Positions 57,492-64,000 of a stretch of 64,000 bases of DNA are shown here, in pieces (the stretch's first letter is position 1; each line of letters starts with the position of its first letter). Position numbers and translations under genes: made by a program. The notes under the pieces are model-generated. The model saw only the letters and a program-made list of their open reading frames with translations, did no database searches and was not told where the DNA came from. The DNA comes from an uncultured Pelagibacteraceae bacterium (GTDB taxonomy: Bacteria; Pseudomonadota; Alphaproteobacteria; Pelagibacterales; AG-422-B15): positions 66-64,065 of the forward strand of contig CACNSH010000004.1 in assembly GCA_902622985.1 (NCBI GenBank), in the 5' to 3' direction.

Positions 57492-58502
57492 TCAAAGCTG
57501 CTTGGTTAGATATTCGTAGGCTTTTATGTTTTCTTCATGTACGAAATCAGATTTTGTCTGATAGATATTGATAAGATCGTCAGGTATTAAAATAGGCTCA
57601 GCTTCATTCTTAATTCTTTCAGCTATCTTATTAATTTCATTGATGTTTCCATTACAATGAAGAACAAGGTCACAGCCGGCACTAAGTGATTTTAAAGCAG
57701 CTATATCAACATCATCTGAAATAGCTTTCATTGAAATATCATCGGTCATCAGTAGCCCTTTAAAGCCAATTTTATTTCTTATTATTGTTTCAATAATTTT
57801 TTTTGAAAAAGTAGCAATATTTTGATCGTCTAAAGACTTAAATAAAATATGTGCCGTCATACCTAATAATGCGTCGGAGTTGTTCTGAAAAGGCTTAAAA
57901 TCAGTACTTAAAAGTTCGTCTTCAATTTCATCTACTTCAGGCATTTCAAAATGACTGTCAACTCTTGCTCGGCCATGCCCAGGTAAATGTTTAATCACAG
58001 AAGCTATGCCGCATTTATTATTTGTTTCAATTACTATCTTACCTGCTTTAGAGACGGTCCTTTCATTTATCGAAAAAGCTCGATCTCCAATTACACCACT
58101 TTCATTTGCTGCTGGTAAATCTAAAACTGGCGCTGTGTTTGTGTTAATTCCCAATTCTTTTAGGGTATGAGCTAGAATTTCAGTATTAAGTCTTAATAAT
58201 TCAAACCCTAAGTCTGCATCCTTCTCAATAATTTTCCCAAAAAAAAGATTTGATTTAAATTTATTAACACCCTTAAAATTTAGTCTTGAAATTCTTCCAC
58301 CTTCCTGGTCTATCAATATTGGAATATTTTGATGATTAATTTCTTTGAGTTCTTTTGTTAAATTTTTTAAATTGTCCTTATTAATACAGTTTCTTTCAAA
58401 TAAAATTATTCCCCAAGGTTTGTGGTCTCTAAAAAATTTTATTTCTTCGGTTGTTAATTTTTCTCCGGAAATACCACAAATTAAAGGTAGGTATTTTTTC
58501 AT
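57492..58502 (-). CDS. nagZ: beta-N-acetylhexosaminidase
   Basis: The GH3 motifs are IDQEGGRISRL, KHLPGHGRARVDSH and LLMTDDISM. Confidence 0.85.
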   Translation of the reverse strand: MKKYLPLICGISGEKLTTEEIKFFRDHKPWGIILFERNCINKDNLKNLTKELKEINHQNIPILIDQEGGRISRLNFKGVNKFKSNLFFGKIIEKDADLGFELLRLNTEILAHTLKELGINTNTAPVLDLPAANESGVIGDRAFSINERTVSKAGKIVIETNNKCGIASVIKHLPGHGRARVDSHFEMPEVDEIEDELLSTDFKPFQNNSDALLGMTAHILFKSLDDQNIATFSKKIIETIIRNKIGFKGLLMTDDISMKAISDDVDIAALKSLSAGCDLVLHCNGNINEINKIAERIKNEAEPILIPDDLINIYQTKSDFVHEENIKAYEYLTKQL

Positions 58503-58511
58503 TTTATTAAA

Positions 58512-58694
58512 TTAATCTCCAAGATCGTATATATTTAAATCAGGAGTATCAACGCCTCCCTTGTCTTTCGGTATTATTCTATAATCATTTAAATTGGTTT
58601 TTATTTCGATAATCTCTTCTTCTTCTTTTTTAGTATAAAAATAAATGGCAGTAATAAAAATTGCTAAAATTAAAGAGAAAATTATGAACCTCAT
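58512..58694 (-). CDS. small membrane protein; apparent SPOR-less remnant of the argS-nagZ intergenic SPOR-domain gene
   Basis: It has one N-terminal TM, then IIPKDKGGVDTPDLNIYDL. This resembles the P..K..P...GG..VP.qd..iYd.l motif I recall near the N-terminus of alphaproteobacterial SPOR proteins encoded at this position. It is only 60 aa. Confidence 0.45.
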   Translation of the reverse strand: MRFIIFSLILAIFITAIYFYTKKEEEEIIEIKTNLNDYRIIPKDKGGVDTPDLNIYDLGD

Positions 58695-58697
58695 TTT

Positions 58698-60437
58698 TTA
58701 TTTCATTTCATCTGGCGAGGAAACTCCAAGAATATCAAGTCCAGATTTTATTGTTCTCTGAGTAGCAATCAGTAGTGCCATTCGAGCATAAGTCCTTGGT
58801 ATATTATCTGCATCTATAAATTTCTTACTGTTATCTACTTTTCCCTGACTCCATAAAGAGTGAAATTCTGATGCTAATTCATACAGGTAATATGCAATTC
58901 GATGTGGCTCAAATAGAGAAACTGACGTATTAATGATATTACTATAATCCAGGATTTTTTTTAAAAGAGATATTTCAGAAAGATCATTTAGTTCAGAAAA
59001 ATTGCATTCATTAAAATTCTTTAAATTTAATTTAATATTTTGAGATTGAAGATTGTTTAATACAGACGAAATTCTTGCATGAGCATACTGTACATAAAAA
59101 ACTGGATTTTCTTTAGACTGTTCAGTTACTTTTTTAAAATCAAACTCTAATGGTGCTTCATTTTTTCTGTACATCATCATAAATCTTATACTATCACTGC
59201 CAACTTCTTTCACTAAATCACTTAAGGTAATGAAGTCACCAGATCTTTTTGACATTTTTAATTCCTTGCCATCACTGATAAGTTTTACCATTTGACATAA
59301 CTTTGCTGTAAATCTTGCTTTATTATTAGTTAGGGCCTGTATCGAAGCGCTCATTCTCTTGACATATCCGCCATGATCAGCGCCTAATATGTCGATTAAA
59401 TGTGTCGATCCTCTTAAGTATTTATCATAATGATAGGCAATATCGTTTGCAAAATAAGTCCACTCACCATCTGATTTTTGTAATGGTCTATCGATTTCAT
59501 CTCCATATTCAGATGATTTAAATAATAATTGCTTTCTTGGTTCCCAGTCTTCAATTTGTTTACCTTTAGGCTTATCTAAAATGCCCTCATAGATTAAATT
59601 CATATTTTTGAGTTCATCTATGGTTTTGTCGATTTTACCTTGGGTTATTAATTCTTTTTCTGAAACAAAAATATCCTGATTAATAGATAGTTTACTTAAG
59701 TCTTCTTTTATGTTTTCTAATAGTAAATTTACACACTCACCTTTTATTGTTGAAAAGTGATTGTCGTTTTCAAGAATAGATGTACCGTGTTTGTCTATTA
59801 TTTTTTTAGCAACATCGATTAGATATTCACCAGGATAAAAATCATCTGGATAATCTTCTAAGCTTTTGCTATTGATGATTTCTTTTATTCTAATAATTGT
59901 AGAGTTTGCAAGGGTATCAATTTGAGTACCTGCATCATTTATGTAATATTCTTTTGTTACGTTGTGACCTGTAACTTTAAGTAGATTTGATAGTACATCA
60001 CCAAAAACCGCTCCTCTACAATGACCGATATGTAAGGGGCCTGTAGGATTCGCTGAAACATATTCGACATTTATGTTTTTATTTAGACCAATTTCTTCAT
60101 TAAAGAGCAAGTTCGTTTCTAGTAACTGACTTAAAAATCTAAACCAAGTATCTTTAGAAATATTAAAATTTAAAAAACCTGGACCTGCAACTTCCAACAT
60201 CTCAAAGTCCTCAATTTTCTCTAGTGATTTAATGAGAGTTTTCGCTGCCTCTACTGGATTTGCCGATATCTCTTTTGCAAGAACCATACAAATATTTGTA
60301 CTTAGCTCACCATCAGATTTGTTTTTTGGGTACTCAACTACAAATGAACTATTATCTATAGTTTCATTCGAAACATTGAATATTTTTGAAAATTCTGCTC
60401 CGATTATATTCTTTAAATAACCATTTATGTTTCTCAT
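58698..60437 (-). CDS. argS: arginyl-tRNA synthetase
   Basis: It has the class I HIGH motif (PTGPLHIGHCRG) and a KMSKS-like LKMSKRSG. It is 579 aa. Confidence 0.95.
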   Translation of the reverse strand: MRNINGYLKNIIGAEFSKIFNVSNETIDNSSFVVEYPKNKSDGELSTNICMVLAKEISANPVEAAKTLIKSLEKIEDFEMLEVAGPGFLNFNISKDTWFRFLSQLLETNLLFNEEIGLNKNINVEYVSANPTGPLHIGHCRGAVFGDVLSNLLKVTGHNVTKEYYINDAGTQIDTLANSTIIRIKEIINSKSLEDYPDDFYPGEYLIDVAKKIIDKHGTSILENDNHFSTIKGECVNLLLENIKEDLSKLSINQDIFVSEKELITQGKIDKTIDELKNMNLIYEGILDKPKGKQIEDWEPRKQLLFKSSEYGDEIDRPLQKSDGEWTYFANDIAYHYDKYLRGSTHLIDILGADHGGYVKRMSASIQALTNNKARFTAKLCQMVKLISDGKELKMSKRSGDFITLSDLVKEVGSDSIRFMMMYRKNEAPLEFDFKKVTEQSKENPVFYVQYAHARISSVLNNLQSQNIKLNLKNFNECNFSELNDLSEISLLKKILDYSNIINTSVSLFEPHRIAYYLYELASEFHSLWSQGKVDNSKKFIDADNIPRTYARMALLIATQRTIKSGLDILGVSSPDEMK

Positions 60438-60440
60438 AAG

Positions 60441-61577
60441 CTAATTAAATTTATTATAAAAATTCTGAGCATAATTATCAGTCATTCCAGCTATGAAGTC
60501 GCATACTGCTCTTGGTTTATCCTTATCAGAAATAATTTTTTTCATATGTTCTTTTATGAATTTTTCATCTTGTTCTATAAATAGTTTGAATAGTGATGAT
60601 ATTATTTGATGGGCGTTACTGGTCATTGCTTTTACTTTATCATGATTATACATTTTCATTGATAGGAAAGATCTAATATACTTTACTTCTTCTTTTGTTT
60701 TATCTGAAAAGTCAGCAATTTTTTCATTATTAAGCCTGACATCTTCATTGCATCTTACTTTTGATTTTTTAACTTTCTCACTAATTGTATTAATTACATC
60801 AGTAATCATAATTGAAGTTGATTTTCTTGTAATTTCATTATTTATGCGCTGCATATCATAAGAGTTATAATTTTTTGGAAAATTTTTTATAATTTCACCA
60901 ATCATTGGCAATTCAGCCAGATCATCATATGAAAAAAAACCTGCTCTTAGTCCATCATCTAAATCATGATTGTTGTATGCAATGTCATCTGCTATTGAAG
61001 CTATTTGTGCTTCAATTGAAGAAAACTCATTCAACTTTAAGTCAAACTCTTTATCGAGAGCTTCTATAGTTTTTGGAACATCTTTTGTCATCGGCCCATT
61101 ATGCTTTACGAGTCCTTCAAGTGTTTCCCACGTTAAGTTTAAGCCTTCGAAATCAAAATACTTTTTTTCTAACAAATGTACAATTCTAATTGCCTGATCA
61201 TTATGGTCAAAACCCTCATGGGAAACCATGCATTCTGAAAGAGCATCTTCTCCAGCATGTCCAAATGGTGGGTGACCAATATCATGACTTAAGGATAATG
61301 TTTCAGTTAAATCTTCATTGAGATTGAATATTTTACTTATTGACCTAGCAATTTGTGACACTTCTAGCGAATGTGTTAATCTTGTCCTGTAGTGATCTCC
61401 TTCATTTGAAACAAATACCTGTGTCTTGTGTTTAAGCCGCCTAAAGGCAGCAGAATGAAGAATTCGATCACGATCTCGCTGGAACTCTGATCTAGTTTGA
61501 CTGTAATTCTCTTTATACAGCCTACCCTTCGAAGTTTCTTGATTGGTTGAAATAAAAGATAAATCTTCAGAAATCAT
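60441..61577 (-). CDS. dgt: dGTP triphosphohydrolase-like HD-domain protein
   Basis: It has RSEFQRDRDRILHSAAFRRLKHKTQV and the HD motif THSLEVSQIA...SHDIGHPPFGH. I prefer the start at MISEDLSF (61577). The track's upstream Met at 61697 would overlap the xthA start. Confidence 0.85.
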   Translation of the reverse strand: MISEDLSFISTNQETSKGRLYKENYSQTRSEFQRDRDRILHSAAFRRLKHKTQVFVSNEGDHYRTRLTHSLEVSQIARSISKIFNLNEDLTETLSLSHDIGHPPFGHAGEDALSECMVSHEGFDHNDQAIRIVHLLEKKYFDFEGLNLTWETLEGLVKHNGPMTKDVPKTIEALDKEFDLKLNEFSSIEAQIASIADDIAYNNHDLDDGLRAGFFSYDDLAELPMIGEIIKNFPKNYNSYDMQRINNEITRKSTSIMITDVINTISEKVKKSKVRCNEDVRLNNEKIADFSDKTKEEVKYIRSFLSMKMYNHDKVKAMTSNAHQIISSLFKLFIEQDEKFIKEHMKKIISDKDKPRAVCDFIAGMTDNYAQNFYNKFN

Positions 61578-61663
61578 CACTAAATAGAATTGGTAACATA
61601 AATTTTTATTGTACAATAAACTCATTACTTTAAGAATCTTAAAATAACAATAAAAGAATACGG

Positions 61664-62443
61664 ATGGTAAAAATAGTAAGTTGGAATGTAAATTCAATAA
61701 GGGTTCGTTTACCTCATTTAATTGAATTAGATAAAACAGTTAAACCAGATATAGTCATGCTTCAGGAAACTAAATCAACTGATGAAAACTTTCCAGAAGA
61801 AGAGATTTCTTCACTTGGGTACCAAATAATTAAAAAGGGTCAAAAATCATATAATGGAGTCGCTATTTTATCAAAAGCCCCAATAAAAAAAATTACAGAT
61901 ATCTTACCAGGAAACAAAGAAGATGCTCAAGCAAGATTTATTGATGCACAGGTACAAGTCGAAAATCCTTTTAATATTGTCTCTTTGTATCTCCCTAATG
62001 GCAATCCTATTGATACTGACAAATTTCCTTACAAATTAGATTGGATGAAGAGATTTAAAAAATATGCTCAAAATAAAATAGAAAACCATGAAACAGTTAT
62101 ATTTGGAGGGGATTACAATATTATACCAGGTTCTGATGACGCGGTTGATATTAATAAGTGGAAAAATGACGCTTTGCATCATCCAGACTCTATAAAAATT
62201 TACAGAGAAATCATAAATTTAGGTCTGTCTGATGTGCTAAGAATTTATAATTCTAAACCCTATGAGTTCACATACTGGGACTATTCAAGGGGGTCATGGG
62301 AAAAAGACAACGGTCTTCGAATTGATCATTTTCTTGCAACACCAAGTGCTGTTGATCGAATAACTGACTGTCAAATAGAAAAACAATTTAGAGGTCTTGA
62401 AAGACCTTCTGATCATGTTCCAATCTGGTTTGAAATTAAATAG
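61664..62443 (+). CDS. xthA: exodeoxyribonuclease III
   Basis: It has VSWNVNSIRVR, MLQETK and a C-terminal RIDHFL...SDHVPI. Confidence 0.9.
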   Translation: MVKIVSWNVNSIRVRLPHLIELDKTVKPDIVMLQETKSTDENFPEEEISSLGYQIIKKGQKSYNGVAILSKAPIKKITDILPGNKEDAQARFIDAQVQVENPFNIVSLYLPNGNPIDTDKFPYKLDWMKRFKKYAQNKIENHETVIFGGDYNIIPGSDDAVDINKWKNDALHHPDSIKIYREIINLGLSDVLRIYNSKPYEFTYWDYSRGSWEKDNGLRIDHFLATPSAVDRITDCQIEKQFRGLERPSDHVPIWFEIK

Positions 62444-62444
62444 A

Positions 62445-63404
62445 TTACTTTGGGTTTCTTGCAATAATATTTATTAGCTCATAAACAATTGTTGCTGCAG
62501 CGGTTGACGTAAGTTCTGCATGATCATAGGCTGGAGCGACTTCGACAACGTCTGCTGAAACAAGCTGCGAACCTGCCAATCCTCTTAATACATTTAAAAT
62601 TTCTCTTGTGGTCATTCCCGCAACTTCTGGAGTTCCAGTTCCAGGAGCATGAGCTGGATCTAAAACATCAATATCTATGGATATATATAATGGATTATTG
62701 CCGATTCTATCTTTTATTCTTTTAACAATTTGATCAATTGTGTTTGTTTGGAATTCATCGCAGTGAATTGTTTTAAAGCCTAATTCACGATCATTTTTTA
62801 AATCATTTGTACTGTAAAGAGGGCCACGAATTCCAATATGCATTGATGCATCATCCAAAAATAACTTTTCTTCTCTTGCTCTTCTGAATGGTGTACCGTG
62901 CGTATAAGGAGCTCCGAAGTAGGTGTCCCAAGTATCCAAGTGAGCGTCAAAGTGGACTAAGGCAACCGGACCACCAACCTTTTTATTAATTGATCTGAGT
63001 AATGGCAATGCAATTGTGTGGTCACCGCCAATAGTTACAATACTTCCAACTTTTTGGAGCAGCTCAGTAGATCCTTTTTCAATTTGCTTAATTGCTTCGT
63101 CAATATCAAAGGGATTACAGGCTATGTCCCCAGCATCAGCTACCTGTTGAACTTTGAAAGGTTCAACATCATAATTTGGATGATAATTCGTTCTTAATTG
63201 TCGAGAGGCTTGTCTTACACTTTGAGGACCAAATCTAGCCCCAGGACGATAACTCGTACCCGCATCAAATGGTACGCCTATAATTGCTACATCACAATCT
63301 TCAACATCTCTCAGCTCGGGAAGACGTGCAAATGTAGATGGGCCAGCATACCTAGGAACAACTGTTCCGCTTACTGGTTGAATTGGTTTTTTTTTATCGC
63401 TCAT
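62445..63404 (-). CDS. speB: agmatinase (ureohydrolase family)
   Basis: The Mn-ligand motifs are GGDHTIALPLL, HFDAHLD and SIDIDVLDPAHAPGTGTPE. Confidence 0.85.
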   Translation of the reverse strand: MSDKKKPIQPVSGTVVPRYAGPSTFARLPELRDVEDCDVAIIGVPFDAGTSYRPGARFGPQSVRQASRQLRTNYHPNYDVEPFKVQQVADAGDIACNPFDIDEAIKQIEKGSTELLQKVGSIVTIGGDHTIALPLLRSINKKVGGPVALVHFDAHLDTWDTYFGAPYTHGTPFRRAREEKLFLDDASMHIGIRGPLYSTNDLKNDRELGFKTIHCDEFQTNTIDQIVKRIKDRIGNNPLYISIDIDVLDPAHAPGTGTPEVAGMTTREILNVLRGLAGSQLVSADVVEVAPAYDHAELTSTAAATIVYELINIIARNPK

Positions 63405-63410
63405 AATCTA

Positions 63411-64000
63411 TTAATCAAATCCTCCAAAATCTTGGAATAATGATGGGTCTCCAAATATATCTCCGTAATCCTGATTGCCACCTAAGGACCCTCCAGAAAG
63501 CTCTTCGTCAGTAAGTTCATTAGACTCTAAAGTTTGCAATTGTTCAAGAAATTTGGATTTTTTCTTCTTATCAGCAGTATCAATACATGATTGTCCGTAT
63601 AGATCATTTTTCACTATTTGGGTAGCTCCATAGGTAGCAAAGACCACTATTAACAATATAGCGGTAATTCCCTTTGGAATTCTAAAACCAGCTTTATATT
63701 TTTTATTAATTCTATTGTCTGCTGCTTTTTCTTTTACAAACTTTTCCTCTGATTCAGCATATCGTTTTTCTGCTCTTCTTCGTAAAACCTCATAGGTAAC
63801 TGCAGCTATAATAGTTAATGCTATTATTGTTAAAGCTAATGCACTCAATGCAGGACTTATTCCCAGCCTTACTTTTGATGCAATTACAGTTGTTAATGTT
63901 TGGTCCGATAAAATGCTAAATACAGTCGTGTTATAATTTTCAAATGAAAATAAAAAAGCAATTACTGCAGCCGATGCTATTGCGGGACTTAAGTAAGGAA
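63411..64000 (-). CDS. polyamine-type ABC transporter permease (PotC/PotB-like), 5'-truncated by the window, with a roughly 110-aa C-terminal extension
   Basis: I checked the frame codon by codon and it stays open from 63848 to the window edge. The extra N-terminal sequence LSPAIASAAVIAFLFSFENYNTTVFSILSDQTLTTVIASKVRLGISPALSALALTIIALTII aligns with the PotC C-terminal region as I recall it (LPAIVAGALLAFTLSLDD...MVKVGVSPEVNALATILLVLSL). The track's start at 63848 is TTG. Confidence 0.6.
   Translation of the reverse strand, partial: PYLSPAIASAAVIAFLFSFENYNTTVFSILSDQTLTTVIASKVRLGISPALSALALTIIALTIIAAVTYEVLRRRAEKRYAESEEKFVKEKAADNRINKKYKAGFRIPKGITAILLIVVFATYGATQIVKNDLYGQSCIDTADKKKKSKFLEQLQTLESNELTDEELSGGSLGGNQDYGDIFGDPSLFQDFGGFD

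Noticed and set aside
61578-61697. The track gives a 40-aa N-terminal extension of the dGTPase-like ORF (MNLHSNLLFLPSVFFYCYFKILKV...).
   Set aside because: The extension is hydrophobic junk-like sequence and would overlap the divergent xthA start (61664) and its promoter region. The conserved family sequence begins right after the internal Met at 61577.

Overview
The window is AT-rich, roughly 30% GC judged by eye and a few hand-counted lines. It is densely packed and looks like the chromosome of a streamlined marine alphaproteobacterium (SAR11/Pelagibacterales-like). That taxon call is inference from gene order, composition and compaction only.

Most of the window is conserved housekeeping synteny:
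- tRNA-Asp, tRNA-Val, hup, lon, clpX, clpP, tig, tRNA-Leu
- nnr, then glnB-glnII-glnA
- acyl-CoA catabolism genes and parE
- tgt-queA-ppi-coaD-gyrA, then ssb divergent from uvrA
- secF-secD-yajC, surE, serS, tatCBA
- an Fe3+ ABC transporter next to a di-haem DUF1111 protein
- scpBA, nagZ, argS, dgt, xthA, speB, and a potC-like permease running off the right edge

The clearly accessory element is a 9.16-kb island (10388-19545) next to tRNA-Leu(UAG).
- It is bracketed by a perfect 76-bp direct repeat (10312-10387 and 19546-19621). The repeat duplicates the 5' 26 nt of the tRNA plus 50 bp of upstream flank.
- I find no integrase, transposase or recombinase ORF in it.
- It is a compositional mosaic. 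One block (about 40-50% GC) carries a translationally coupled type I R-M operon: hsdM (802 aa), hsdS, hsdR and a YgjP/DUF45 HExxH metallopeptidase.
- The other block (about 20-25% GC) is a tight three-gene cassette of small membrane proteins ending in a membrane-anchored single-HKD phospholipase-D-superfamily protein. I do not recognise this architecture as a named defence system, and it is my best candidate for something new.

Other observations:
- Tgt and UvrA have lost ligands of normally conserved structural zinc sites.
- A DUF2256-like zinc-ribbon ORF (20596-20730) is missing from the ORF track.
- Seven convergent gene pairs share or abut their stop codons.
- There are Fur-box-like sites upstream of the Fe3+ binding-protein gene, plus an intercistronic hairpin that pairs fully only on the sense strand.
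- A SPOR-less remnant gene lies between argS and nagZ.
- Tig and ParE carry lysine-rich tails.
- The potC-like permease has a roughly 110-aa C-terminal extension.

All family assignments come from motif recognition and memory. No database search was possible.
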